Part shown: piece after piece, positions 10,261-23,633 of the stretch
How positions within the stretch are numbered: the stretch's first letter is position 1
How the letters are laid out: each line of letters starts with the position of its first letter
NCBI RefSeq assembly: GCF_001194135.2
Contig: NC_068982.1
Span: 44,553,647-44,595,363 of the forward strand
Reading direction: 5' to 3'
Source: Octopus bimaculoides
Taxonomy: Eukaryota
DNA length: 41,717 bases
Notes under the pieces: generated by a model
Seen by the model: only the letters and a program-made list of their open reading frames with translations
Database searches by the model: none
What the model was told of the DNA's origin: nothing
Position numbers and translations under genes: made by a program

Positions 10261-10740
10261 TACGTTCGAAGCTCTCAGTTGCACAGAGCTAATTTCTAAA
10301 TCTTGTTTCAGTGCTTCAAGTAGATTACAAGTAAGAATTAATACACGCACTCGAAACAAACTTAGAATAAATAAAATACCAGTTTGTTTACACACTTATA
10401 ATGTGTATACAAACTGGAACGGCACGCGTTTCACGTTTGTATATACAGTTATAATGTGTATACACACCGGCATTAATATAAAGCTTTTCTTGATAAGTCT
10501 TTTTGTTGTTACTGTCTCTTCGTTGTTGTTTTTAATAAACTATGAAGTAAGTCACACACAAATGAAGAACTCACACGAAAGACCTGAAGCTGATGTACAT
10601 AGTAGGCATATAGTTCAATACTTTATATACTCTACTATTTCTTATCCAGACACATAAACACACATACAGTATTCTATTTTCTCCAGTCTCCTCTATTTTC
10701 ATACGTTTGTTTTCCCCTTCTCTACTGATTTCTTTATGTA

Positions 10741-11113
10741 CGAGGGTGGGTTGAAACGTTTATAGGCTGACTAGAAAGGAGTTATCATACAGTAATTAAA
10801 CTTGGTATGTATTAAATTCAACCTTTACTGATGCTAACTGAATGTTTTCTTTCCTGATAAACCCACATTGGATACGGAATTGAGGACTTGGAAAAGTTGT
10901 ACTAGAGACATTTCGTGAAAATTAATAAAATTTGGCACCTTGGTGTTATTAAATATCTGCAGAAAAAGGGATTAGCTCCCAAGGACATTCACGCTGATTT
11001 GGTTGCTACATTAGGGGATGATGTTCCAGCTTTATCAACTGTACAAAAGTGGGTAGCTAAATTCCAGAAGTGTAGGAAGAGTTTTGAAGATAACTCGAAG
11101 TCTGGACGTCCTG
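10741..11113 (+). mobile_element. mariner 5' fragment (irritans-like): left TIR plus HTH
   Basis: TA|CGAGGGTGGGTTGAAACGTTTATAGGCTGAC TIR-like start. KIWHLGVIKYLQKKGLAPKDIHADLVATLGDD.PALSTVQKW...EDNSKSGRP, truncated right after SGRP. Confidence 0.85.
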
Positions 11114-11258
11114 CTCGGGGCCATAAGCAGAAGTCACATGGCCAAGGTGACACACAGTAAGACTGAACCAGAAACCATGTGGTTAGGAAGGAAGCTTCTT
11201 AACACACAGCTACGCCTGTACCTATACACACGCCTTCCCACACAGCCACGCCTGCGCC
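11114..11258 (-). mobile_element. SINE family A head, with duplicated 5' terminus
   Basis: Reverse complement of the 13023 head (GACTGAACCAGAAACCATGTGGTT...). ACACAGCTACGCCTG and ACACAGCCACGCCTG occur in tandem. Confidence 0.75.
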
Positions 11259-11902
11259 ATATACAAAAAAACTAAACGCAAAACAAAAAAAAATAAAGAA
11301 ATAATTGCTTCAGATCTTTTCTCTACTAGTGTCTCTATCCTTCTTCTCTGCGCATGTCTCTTTTTTGCAACACTCATACTGTTTCTCCGTTCCCTTCTCG
11401 TAACCCTCCTCCTCCTCTCTTTCTCTCTACCCTTATCTTTCTCTCTTATTCCCCCAGCCTGACTCTCTCTCTCTCTCTCTCTCTCTGCCCCTTCAATTCT
11501 GCTTTCCTCTCTTTTCTACTCCTCTCAACCCCTCCCCTCTTATTATCTGTCAGTTAAGTTCCAACGCACTTTGAAATCAGTAGCTTATTCATTTATTTAT
11601 TTTTTTCATAATGAATAATTTCCTGTTTCATTAGAACTGCTCCATTTGTCATTTATGTATGGTTAGTGGCCCAGTTTGTTCTGCGCCTCCACCCATCGCC
11701 ACCCTTTGTACACAAATTCAGATACACTAGTATAAAATCACAGTATTGAAAACCCATATTCATGACCACACATTCCGCAACTCATCGTTATTGCCAAAGC
11801 TACTGCCATCGTCGATACCAGCGCCATTGTCATGGTCACTACCATGTTTGACATTGTAGGTTTCGCCGAATGCATATACCCTATTCATTTCTCACATGAT
11901 TA

Positions 11903-12369
<467 letters not shown>

Positions 12370-12683
12370 CATTATGTATTAGCTATTTTATATTTTTTAT
12401 TATTACTATCATCAACATTCAAAAACAGAAGCGCTAATAACAGCAACACAGCGTTGAGATATCTGCATTCCTCCTGCTCTTTCTTCTCTCATTATCATCA
12501 TTATCGGTAGCTATTAGGGCAGTAGTGAAATTCATCATCTCTGCAAGTACTACCATCACCACTGTTTGAATTATAACAAGCAATCACCACCATAACTACT
12601 CTCTCCACCATTGCAACTATTATTACTTATAATGATTATTATTAGAAATAATAGATTATTAATATGAGTCTCTCGTAGAAGTC

Positions 12684-12901
12684 GGCGCGTTGGCTGAACT
12701 GTTACAACTCTTACCAAAATGTTCGGCAGTGTTACGTTCGTCTGTACGATCTGTGTTCGAATTCCGCTGATGTTGATATTCTCCTTTTTTGTTTTCTCTT
12801 CGGGGTCGATAAAATAATTACCAGTTGAACACTGAGGTCGATGTAATCGACTGTCACCCTTACCTGAAATTGCTGGTCTTGTTCCAAATTTTGAAACCAA
12901 T
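12684..12901 (+). mobile_element. SINE family B, diverged full-length copy
   Basis: B-box GTTCGAATTCC; body GGGGTCGATAAAATAATTACCAGT...GTCGATGTAATCGAC...AAATTGCTGGTCTTG. Confidence 0.8.
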
Positions 12902-13022
12902 ACGACTGTCATCGTCATTTTCATGATTTTTGCCATCATCAGAGATAATCTAACAACAATCACTACCGGTTAAGAAATGGCTTCTGCATAAAGTATGAGT
13001 AAATTAGAAGAGAATTTGCGAA

Positions 13023-13381
13023 AATGCAGGTGTGGCCGTGTGGTAAGAAGCTTGCTTCTCAACCACATGGTTTCAGGTTCAGTTCCACTGCATGGCACTT
13101 TGAGTAAGTGTCTTCTACTATAGCCTTGGGCCGACCAAAGCCTTGTGAGTGGACTTGGCAAACGGAAACTGAAAGAAGCCCATCGTGTGTGTGTGTGTGA
13201 GTGTGTGTTACAAAAGCCTCGGTGTATTTACGTCTCTGTAGTTTAACAGTTCGGTAAAAAGGAACCGATAGAATAAGTACCAGGCTTAAAAGAAAAAAGT
13301 ACTGGTGTTGATTCATTTAACTAAAAATTCTCCAAGGCAGTGCCCCAGTCTAATGATTGAAACAAGTAAACGATAAAAGAT
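13023..13381 (+). mobile_element. SINE family A, full length
   Basis: A-box-like TGGCCGTGTGG, B-box-like GGTTCAGTTCC, internal (GT)n, tail ending GAAACAAGTAAACGATAAAAGA. Confidence 0.9.
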
Positions 13382-14080
13382 ACTATCATGCTGTTATGGT
13401 GCATGTGTCTTATTCCTCAAAACATCTAACCAGGTTTTGGTTGTTGTTATTTTTCTATTTTCTGTAAAACGTGAGAGTTAACTTACATTAAAGTTAACTT
13501 AGAAATAGTCGATTCGAAATAACAATATTTGTTCACGTTCTGTCTCAAGATGTACATACAGACAAATGTAGATATCGGAATAGCTGTTGAGACACAAAGG
13601 AGAGGAATGATATTGGATTAACTGCTGAGATACAAAAGGGAGAAGCAGATATGGTTGACACTTGGTTGACATCCCTTCCTTGAGGTTAATTGTTTTCATC
13701 AAGTCGTAGTTTGGATCCGATATTCACGGTCAATAGTCTGCAGGAACCGTAGATGTTGCTGGACATTTATTGACACCTATCACTCCAGGTTTTTAGTTAG
13801 CGAAATGTCCTTCTTTGACTTCCCTGGAATATTTGTTGAGTGCATCAATTATGGCGCCCTGGAGAGTAAAAATGGATTTCGTGAAAGTTTATTTCTCGTT
13901 GTAATGTATGTTATCAATTTCGTACATCATAGCCATGATTCCAATCACATCAGTAGGGTGCTAGTTGTAAGAAACCATTTTGTGTAGGTGTTTTAAATCT
14001 TAGTTGATATCCATAAATATGCGCACATACATATTGTCATAAAACTATGCAGATAAACACAAAAGTAGATGCATATATTC

Positions 14081-14084
<4 letters not shown>

Positions 14085-14136
<52 letters not shown>

Positions 14137-14168
14137 GTGTATGTATGTATGTATGTATGTATGTATAC
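14085..14168. repeat. (TA)n(TATG)n microsatellite
   Basis: Direct reading. Confidence 0.9.
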
Positions 14169-14409
14169 ATCCATTTACGCATGCGTGCATAAATAAACAA
14201 GCTTAAATCTTCACCTCAATCATACAGATTAATTCATATGTATTCATGCCTTCATCAAGACAGACAAGTTTGTAATTGTACAGAATATTAAACCTGTATA
14301 TGAAATACGCATGCATGTAAAATATAGATGAATGCAAAATGTTGCTTATATAACAGTTTTCACATGAGTATTAGAGTTAAACAGTGGAATAAGTAGAGAA
14401 TAAGATAAA

Positions 14410-16150
14410 ATGCCACCAGTATTTTGTAACAGTTACTGATGTCATCTAGCATAACTGTTTTTCTTTTATTAATATTTATCTCAAGGTGGATATCTGACAC
14501 AATCGTTACGCGCCGGGCAAAATGCTTAGCTGCATTTCGTCCGTCTTAACGTTCTGAATTCAAATTCCACTAAGGTCGGCTTTGCCTTTCATCCTTTCGT
14601 ATAAAAGAAGTACCAATTGATTACTAGGGTCGATGTAATTGACTTGATCCATTGACTTAATCTTTCTCTCGAAATTGCTGGTCTTGTACCAAAATTTGAA
14701 ACCATTATTAATATCTATCTCTTCACAGTACCACTTGGCATATTTTTTTTGGTCATATTTCATATTTCCTTTAATAAATACGCGTAGCATTTATGCAGCA
14801 TACAACTTGAGGTAGTCTATAAACAAAAGTTTAGTGATTTTACTCTCATAGCACTTGTATCTGGGTGCTGGCTGGTTTAGCATGTTGCTGAAAAGTGTTA
14901 ACACGATAATGAAAAAAGGGAGGTTAGTTGGAGCCCTTCAAATATTCCTCTTCTAATAGAAATTGTATTCGGTTTTACAATTCCTTCTATTATTTTATCT
15001 GTAGAATTGTATGTCAATGTACATACTTATATCGGTGCCACCTTATTCGTATCTAACGTTTATATAATTCATGGAATAAGAACATTGGAAGGGACTCCTG
15101 GTAAGCGATGCATGCCATACTCAATTCCTTCTTCTCCTGTAATTTTCAGTTATGAATTTGTTTAGCCATAACTGATCTTCACAACTATATCATCCTTTGT
15201 AGCATTACCTCTGTTCTTCTTGAATTTAATTGCTGTTTTCTAAATAGTTTTGTTTATCCTCTGCAATGTTATTGAAGTTAAAAGATTTGTATACTGCACA
15301 AAAATAAATTACAGATCTATCATTTTTTGTTTGTTTGTTATTTGAATGATTATGCTTTATCTTCAATCTTGAGAACTAAGTGAGGAGTTGTTTCTGAATC
15401 TTTTAGTAGACCATTAAATAATATTTTTGCTACCCCTTTTTTCATGCTTGATATATATTTAAACCAGAAACTTTATCACTTCGTAAGGCTTTTGAGCTGC
15501 TCATATTTTGTAACCTCTTGGCTCCTGTTTTAGCTATTGCTTTTATTTTAACATCCCCATCCATGGATATCCCTTGTTGCTCATAATCCTCATCTAAATT
15601 CTCTACAACTCTTGCTATTAGCACTTGAGTTGGCTCTATTTTGTTTTTATCAGATTCTTGATATAAAAAAAATATCCTTTTGCAGTGGAGTCGATCTGTT
15701 TCAGTTGTTCAAAGAATCGCTTTGCTTTTCATAACGACGGATTAATCGCGGTTTTAGCAATGTTCTTCTCTTTCAAGAATTCTTTGATTCTGGATGCTTT
15801 TTATATTTTCTCCATCAGTAGTATTTGCTTGTTTGCTTGCTCGTTTTTATTCAGTTTGGTATTTTTGCTGTCGATTTCATTAAAAGTTGGATGTGTTTTT
15901 TTACATTTATCTTCTTTGTTTTTATGATTTTTTATGTAGTTTTATTGTGCTTAGATATTCCTGTCAGTTACTTTGAGGATCTACCCATTTTACTTTGTAA
16001 CTGCCAAGACTATTGATTAGATTATTTGGTTTATTCTTAGTTATATTGATGTTCACATCTGTTTTCACTAAGTTTACAGTGACCAGGTTTACGATTCTGC
16101 TGTTGTTACTTTACCGCTATTTGTTGTTTTCTTTTTCAAAATTGGTGGGG
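14410..16150 (-). mobile_element. R4/Dong-clade LINE, decayed N-terminal region plus RT
   Basis: Minus translation: RRYEKQ, EDQLWLNKFITEN.RRRR, ISIRRGIFEG (~14935-14962; cf. IRRGIFQGD), LFIDYLKLYA (14797-14826; cf. LFMDDLKLYA), MKY..KKYAK, and CYKILV after removing the SINE. Outer boundaries approximate. Confidence 0.8.
14483..14705 (+). mobile_element. SINE family B with 16-bp TSD, inserted in the R4/Dong RT
   Basis: TATTAATATTTATCTC (14467-14482) and TATTAATATCTATCTC (14706-14721) flank the SINE; B-box-like ATTCAAATTCC. Confidence 0.9.
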
Positions 16151-16236
16151 GTTTTAGTTATAGTCATTATTATTACTATTTGTGCGCAGAACAAAATGCT
16201 TTGCGGCAGTTCTTCCGGCTTTTTTTTTTAACTCAT

Positions 16237-16371
16237 TGACTTCAAATCCCACCGAGGTCAACTTTTCCTTACTTCATTTTGGGTTGTTAAAATAAGTTCC
16301 TGTTGAGCACTCAGGTTGATGTAATCGACTTCCCACTCAAAATTGCTGGCATTCTACCAGATTTAGAAAGA
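16237..16371 (+). mobile_element. SINE family B, 5'-truncated
   Basis: Starts at the B-box (TTCAAATCCCACCGAGGTC) and ends in (ATT)n at 16372-16413. Confidence 0.75.
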
Positions 16372-16413
<42 letters not shown>

Positions 16414-16414
<1 letters not shown>

Positions 16415-16630
16415 TAAAAACGGCGAGCTGGCAGAATCGTTAGCATGCCGGGCAAAACGCTTAGCGGTACTTCGTCCGCTGCTACGTTCTGAGTTCAAAT
16501 TCCGCTAAGGTCAACTTTGCTTTTCATCCTTCCGGAGTCGATAAACTAAATACCAGTGAAATACTGAAGTCGATGTAATCGACCAGTCCCCTCCCGCAAA
16601 ATGTCAGGCTTTGTGTCTTTAGTAGAAAGG
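16414..16630 (+). mobile_element. SINE family B, full length, well preserved
   Basis: GGCGAGCTGGCAGAATCGTTAGC (A-box), GAGTTCAAATTCC (B-box), tail ...GTCTTTAGTAGAAAGGATTATT. Confidence 0.9.
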
Positions 16631-16664
16631 ATTATTGTTATTTTTATCATTGTTATTATCATTG

Positions 16665-17203
16665 AATGAAAGAGCAGCGAACGCTATCAAATCGACACTG
16701 GGGTACAAATATACGAAGCCCACTATACCCATCATACCTGTCAGACAAGGGTACACTAGGCACATGCATCATAACCATATGTGCGTGACATGCTGACGTT
16801 ATGTCAAGATAAACAGCGCATGACCTTGCAGGTGGGGCCCAGTTAGAATTTTCTTTAGATCCAGAACCCAGCCCGCTTAAAATGTCCTAGAATAAAGGTT
16901 GTTTAAAGATGTGGAATGAAATGCCTGTTTCCAGAAGTGAATTATTCAGACTCCAAAGAATTCCTCTCAACACATGGCTATGTTGCTCCCCCACTACTTC
17001 TACTTGTGATCAGAGATGTACATATAATCGGCCACCAAGGGACATGCTCAACTGGTTATGGCCAGGCAAATAACAAATAAATCTGTGGTATCGAGCAGAA
17101 TATATGCTGTAGCCCATCTTTTATACCAAAACAGAACATGTACATGATAACACTACCAATCTGTTAAGATCAGAGGCCATGGGAGCCAGTGCCTGCTATT
17201 GCA
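16665..17203. repeat. ~540-bp non-coding interspersed repeat embedded between ATT-rich tracts
   Basis: GC-richer block sharply bounded by ATT/ATC repeats. Recognised from memory as a common octopus repeat; only one copy here, so unverified. Confidence 0.5.
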
Positions 17204-19080
17204 ATTATTATTATTATTATCATGTGGTGGTGATGGTGAAGCTTCCGAAAGCGTACAACTCAGGCAGTGTTTTGTGCAAAGAACTTGAGAATGGGTTAAT
17301 TATCATGCAAAAGTGTCATTAATGAGAATCTCTTCAATAAAAGATTTTCCCCCTTTATTAAACAATACACTAATCCCAGAACAATATCATAGAACTCTTC
17401 TGAACCTATTTTTCCTATTTGGTCTTCACTCTTTATTAAAATCCATTTCATACACCTGACAGTCATTTTCTGATTGCCTAGAAGATTATACAAAATAATC
17501 TAGACAGATTTATGGTCTACTGAGTAAATATCAGCAATATGTGTAATCGAAATTAATCGATCTTCGAACAGCAAGTCTTTCTATGAATCACAGTTTAGTC
17601 ATTGATATGTATTGAAAACTGCGTGAATCAAAAATCATCTCCAAAGAGTCTCTACCTCATTTTTTGGTTCATATTTCTAGTTTATAAATGTAAACAGAAT
17701 AAGCAAAATCTTGTAGTGTATTTCTTAAGAAGAACAGTTTGGTCAGGTCTATGCTTCTTATCTTCATATCAGCAACAGGAGTTGAACACGTTGGTGCAAG
17801 CTAATGAACCATTTATCATTTGCGCAACATTATACAAATCTATTAAAGAACAAGATACAAACCGCCGGAATTTCTATTCGTTACCTATTACCCTGTTCAT
17901 TTCCCCGTCTTCATCTCCAATAGACTTACTTTGTAAACACAAAAGATAAACACTGGAATATTTTTTAAACAAAGCTAAAAAGTTTTGGTACACTTTGAAT
18001 AATGAAGTTTATTTAATCAATTATATTCCTATGCTACAAATTATACATTGAATCTAGTTATTGTCGGTTCTAGTCACATAATTTGAAAAATCTGTAAAAT
18101 TATGTCAGAATGAAAAAGTTTTATATTCTGAGCAAAAAAAAACAAACTATTTAATAAACTAACAACTGATTAGCGTTGTACATTGGAAACTAATCAATAC
18201 TGTTCATAAATTTCTATATAACTATTTTATGTCTTCTATAAATAATCCAAAAGCCTAGCTGGTTTTGGCAACAAATATTCATACTACATCGTCAACTGTA
18301 GTGTTGCCGTTTATGACAGATTCTATCTATACAGGTGAAGAAGAGGAATATTTTTAGAGGCTTCATTGAATAACGAGCTGACTGGTTAGCTGCTATTGCA
18401 ACAGTACCTGACTATTCAAGGGACTTTCCTCTAAGGGTATTATCAGTGAAATCAATGCATTTGATCCTAAATATGTCGGCTTGAGGATGAACTTTATGTC
18501 TACGACAATTATCAGTAGATACTAATATAATAAATCGTTTCCGACTTTTTCTCATGAGTCAATACATGAAATCACTACTTGTAATAAGAACTGGATATTC
18601 ACTTCACTGTCAGTGGTTCAAAATACAGCATTATGGAGAAGGTCAGCCTAAAGAATACAAATGCAAGGACAAACTTTGCTTCGTGTCGATTATTCGGCGA
18701 AAAAATCAAACACGATTTATAATGAACAATACAACTGTTTGTTTTCTATTTTATTTAGCTTAAAAACAGAGTTCTTTGGGCCAGACCTAATTACAAATGT
18801 AATTATATATTTGTATTTCTGAAGTCTGCTAGTGGGTAGCATATGTTTTCACCAAAAAATATAAATAGATCTACTTTGGTTTAAAATGAAGCTTCAATTC
18901 AGTTACTACTGATTTGCAACTGTTTTGACTTCTGACTGTTACCATTTCACTTTTTCGTCCCTTACAAACCGTCTTTGGGTAAAGATAAAGGTCAGTGTTC
19001 TCATTCTTTCCTCTCTTTAAGCGATTTATACCTGTACAGAAAACACGAATTGCTAATATTTCAAGTGGATTGGTATAGGG

Positions 19081-19297
19081 GTGTTGAACTGGCAGAATCG
19101 TTAGATCGTCGAACGAAATGCTTTGCGATATACTTCCGACTCATTATACTCTAAGTTCAAATCCCCTATCTGAGATAATATTTGTCTTTCATCTTTCTAG
19201 GGTCGACGAAATAAAGTACCAGTCAAATACTGGGATTGATGGTATTGACTAAAACCCTTCCCTCAAAGTTGTTAGCCCCGTACCTAAATTAGAAACA
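19081..19297 (+). mobile_element. SINE family B, diverged
   Basis: CTGGCAGAATCGTTAG, AGTTCAAATCCC, GGGTCGACGAAATAAAGTACCAGT. Confidence 0.8.
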
Positions 19298-21612
19298 AAA
19301 AATATCTTTAATATATTTCTATACTCGACTGCAAAAAGAGTGAGTAAATATAATCTGAAAATAAGGAGAAACCTGTTTTTGAATCTGATGAATAGCTGTT
19401 AAACGAAAAGTAAACATCTAAGATTCGACATTACGGAAGCATCATTTTTAACGAGTATTCAGTTTAAAACAACAGAATAGTCCATAGCTTTAAACTTCAA
19501 CGGGAGAAAGCAAAAGCCAGTGAAATCAACTCATTTGTTTGAAGTATTAATGGGTTGGATATCTCTGAAAATGCGAAAGATAGTCCTCTGAACGCGTGAA
19601 ACACAGACTTCTTATTTGTATGTGTGATACTTCCTTTGGTATGTGATTGTATATTTATCAGAGATTGAGATACTCAAATGCACACACATACCTCTTCTCC
19701 TGGAAACAAATCTCTCTTTTCACTTGCGCGATAAACAGTATCAGTTGTTTAATCTTTTGTGACCAGTGGTACCCATCAACGATTGTTCATCTCTATTGAC
19801 TCCAGATGACAAAAGAAATGGGCATTTGCCGTTCATGCATCAATGAAAAGGCATTATCGATGAAAATGAAGTGAAAGTAAAGGATACAATAAGATATTAA
19901 AAATGTGTTAGTGATTATACAGGCATGTCAATATGGCTAATCGAGTGTGTCCGAGATACGGGAATAACGACGAAATTTTATTATACTGTGCCCTAGGATT
20001 AGTAACAGTGCGTGGCAGTTTACCTGGGACAACTGCTATTGATTCTCAGCAATAACCGTTTGGCAGTTATCGTCTGATGCTAGCAGCAGCGTAGAAGTTA
20101 TGCTCAACAAAATTCAAAGAGCTTAATTCAAAACGTATACAAAAAAAAACAAACACTTTTAATGATCTAAGGGAAATTTGCCGTTTTACTTGAAAAATTA
20201 ATATGAAACCAAGCGATAATTTTAAACGATTCCCAAAGAGAAGGAAGATAACCAAGAAAATTGGAAACAATTAATTTAACAGAAAATTGCATGTTTATAC
20301 TTAGGGGATTAATTTTGTCTTTATTAGCGAACAAGGTGAAAGCTACGGATATGCTTCAGTTTTACTTGAAGTTCTCAGTCGACGTTAAGAAGATATATTA
20401 GGATTTCTATCAATTGTCATTGAGATACGAGGAGATTTTGAAAACCATTAGAAGAAAGTTGAATAATGAATTCTCATACATTTAAAAAAGTAGAACGCGA
20501 GAGTAGATTACTAGTTGTGTGCAAAATTTGAAATCATCTATAGAGTTCCAGATATATATACAAAGCCAGGAACAATGTTACCATGGTTTGCATTCCAGAC
20601 ATAGGCATGCTCATTTCATTTGACCCTGTGAAGGGTATATTATTAAATTATTTTCAACTGCATGTAGTATTTGGTTGATAAGAAACTGCATAAAAAACAA
20701 GCAACTTTCCAGAAAACCGTATCTATTTGTTCAATAAATATTCGCCCTCTGACACATTAGTGAGAAATATAACAAATACCAAACTTCTTTTGCTTTCAGC
20801 TTATTTGAACCTTACACAAATAATCATTGTGGAATATCGTGAAACAAAAAGAATACTTTACAATCTAAAAGATGTGCGCCGACTCAAAGTGCAACGTCAG
20901 GGATAACGATGGACATCATGTCTGCCTTAAAGTACTGACTGTTGTAACTATTTTCATTTACATTTATCATAAATCGCCAAAGAAAGCCACACAAGTTAAA
21001 GCTCTACAGTAAGTAAACTTCGATAACGTGGCCCTGTCAGACAAGACCAATACCCGGCAATTTCTGGTTTCAGCGTATCTACGAAAAGTATTGGCCTCAA
21101 CATCAATTTACCAACCATTCCTGCCACCAAGAAAAAAAACTCATTACATCTTGAGTATATCTGCTACTACTAATGTCTACATCGACCAGTTAGAAGCAGA
21201 GCAAACTAAATTGACGGGTGACAAACTTTATACTGCATCCAACGAACTATCCATGATCAGGATTAACAAAATACTATCACGAATTGATGAGAATGTTTTG
21301 ACGTAGTCTCTCGGTTTGCATGAAATGACAATCAAACACCTATCAAATTATATTCTTTGCTTCCTTAAAAACACATTGGACAATGTAGCTCTTGATGCAT
21401 AAAAGTAAAAGAAGTGATAATCCATCATTATGGAATACCATCAAACATACAGAATGACTCATAATTCAGACTACGAAGTCAGTACTAAAGATGGGTACAG
21501 ATGGACTGGCTGAATATGCCAATGAGAGTTTAGCTGCTGTTACTGTTTATACATGCATTGGTCCTAAATCTATGCTAAGAAAAGCAAGACAAGTCAAAGG
21601 CATTCAAGTGAA

Positions 21613-21654
21613 TTAGGTTAAACATGCTGGTTTGATCCAGCATGTTTAACCTAA
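21613..21654. repeat. Perfect 18-bp inverted repeat, 6-nt loop
   Basis: TTAGGTTAAACATGCTGG-tttgat-CCAGCATGTTTAACCTAA. Confidence 0.95.
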
Positions 21655-22929
21655 GACTTAATGTGATATACTCACTCAGTACAATGATAATATTCTACAG
21701 ACCCATTATAACCTCACCGTAGTTACAAAGTTGAAACATTGCTCCTAAAAACCAAACAAGGAAAGAAATTTAACACACCTGTCATCTCATTTCTTCATAA
21801 AAGACTAGATGTCAAATAGAGGTATTTCGTTTCAAATGATGAAAGATACCAGTGACCCACGTAATTCAGTCAGTCCAGAAAATCGTTTCGTGAACTATAG
21901 AAACTATTAAATTGCATCCTCAACAAATGTAACCAAAGACAAACAAACAAGCAAAAATAGGTGCCACTAAATTCGTTATGCTTGTATACTTGATTCATGA
22001 TGTGAATGTCTCTAATATTTTGAAAACTACAAAAAGATTCAAAATCCAAATGGAAATTTTGTTTGCGTGTAAGTTTTTGAATATAGACTTTTGTCGCAAG
22101 TAATCTGGATAACGAATATGCATTCCAGATCAGTTCAACGTGTTGTTATAATGTGAGCAAGCTATGGGCTATACGTAAGAAAAAAAGATTACTTGGAAAG
22201 CGAAACGTAGGAGGAAAACGTTGACACACTTCGATATACAGCAACGTAACTTCTTTCAAACATTAAGAGTTTTAATAGTAATGCAAAATACATTGAATTT
22301 CTGAGCATATTTCCTCAGGATATTTTGCTTGCTTCCATTCGTTAACTTCTTGGTTATCATTGTAAGGAATATTTCTTCATTTTATCTATTGAACTGAGAG
22401 GTTTCATACGCATATATCGGAGTGCCTCTCTTCGACAACACTGACATCAAACGTGTTTTGGATGAGATGCACTTCCCACTGATTCTATCGATCTGTCTAT
22501 CAGCTTTGTCGCAAGTACGTACATAGTAAACAACGTCTACTGATAGAAATAGATTTACATTAAAATGAGTTAAAGAATAATACAATATCTGTTTACTAGA
22601 AGCGCATCGTGTCTTTCTCTTTGTAGCAATAACGAATTTAATAATTTATTTTCCATTAACGGAATGTAAGTATGGTGTATTGATCAGGAATAAATAACTT
22701 CAGAAATATCTGTTGTCTAAATAGTCACATTTAAAATAAATATATCAGAAATGTCAACGATAAACAACTCATCTAATATATTTGACATTCTTTAAATGCA
22801 GTATGCGTGTATGTATCTGTAAGAAAGAGAAAACGAAAGCATACACGTTATACCCAATTCTATATTGCTCCTACTGAAGGATCGCCACCTACGGCTAATT
22901 AAGTTGCTCCACGAATTGAGGATTAACCT

Positions 22930-23480
22930 TACTCGCATGGCTAGAGCTAACCCATCCACAATGGCCATATTCGCCAGTTTATCCCCCTTCTCATAAATTT
23001 ACTGGAGAACAACATCTCTCTCATCACCGACACCTTCCTCTTCAAGTAGAACTAGGACGAAAAGAGAAAGCGTCTGTGTCCAGCACTTTTCATCTCATCT
23101 AGCACACATACTTTTTCACCAGAACCACCAGAATAAAGGGAAACTACCTGCCTCTCTTAGTCAAAGGAATGTGGCGGGGCGATCTTCACGATGGGCTCGA
23201 CCGATAGACAAGTTTGTCCTAGTGGTAACAATAGTTATTTGACAAAATTTCAAAAAGTCAGCAATGTTCGAATATTGGGTCAGTGTGTGACGAACTATTT
23301 CGCCACACTTCTGTTCGATTAATGCTACATCCTTCCTGTAGGTCTTGTCCTGAAACCAGCAATTTTCCCGGTAAAACCTCTAGGTCAGAGATTTCTGAAA
23401 GTCATCCGTAGTCCCGAACCCCAAATGTCCAACCAGTCGATTTTTAAGTGACGCCCAAAGTTACTCCCCAGAACAACGTT
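22930..23480 (-). mobile_element. Tx1/L1-clade LINE ORF2 C-terminal (zf-RVT-like) fragment
   Basis: Minus translation DFQKSLT*RFYRE..FQDKTYRK...IVRHTLTQYSNIADF...VEPIVKIAPP...LKRKVSVMREMLFSSKFM; the last part aligns with 2254-2364. Confidence 0.7.
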
Positions 23481-23502
23481 TCACTTCCTTATCACTCATC
23501 TA

Positions 23503-23633
23503 ATACTAACATAAAAGTTACATACTAACATATTAGTTACACTAACATATACTGACATATAAGTTACATTTAAGTTACACTTATTGTACACTAACACATA
23601 AGTTACATATAATACTAATATATAAGTTACACA
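23503..23633. repeat. Degenerate minisatellite built of ACTAACATA and AAGTTACA modules
   Basis: Both motifs alternate repeatedly within about 130 bp. Confidence 0.75.

Noticed and set aside
17602-17949. 115-aa ORF
   Set aside because: No recognisable motif, non-ATG start, AT-rich background.
21028-21306. 92-aa ORF
   Set aside because: GTG start, no recognisable homology or clear splice boundaries.
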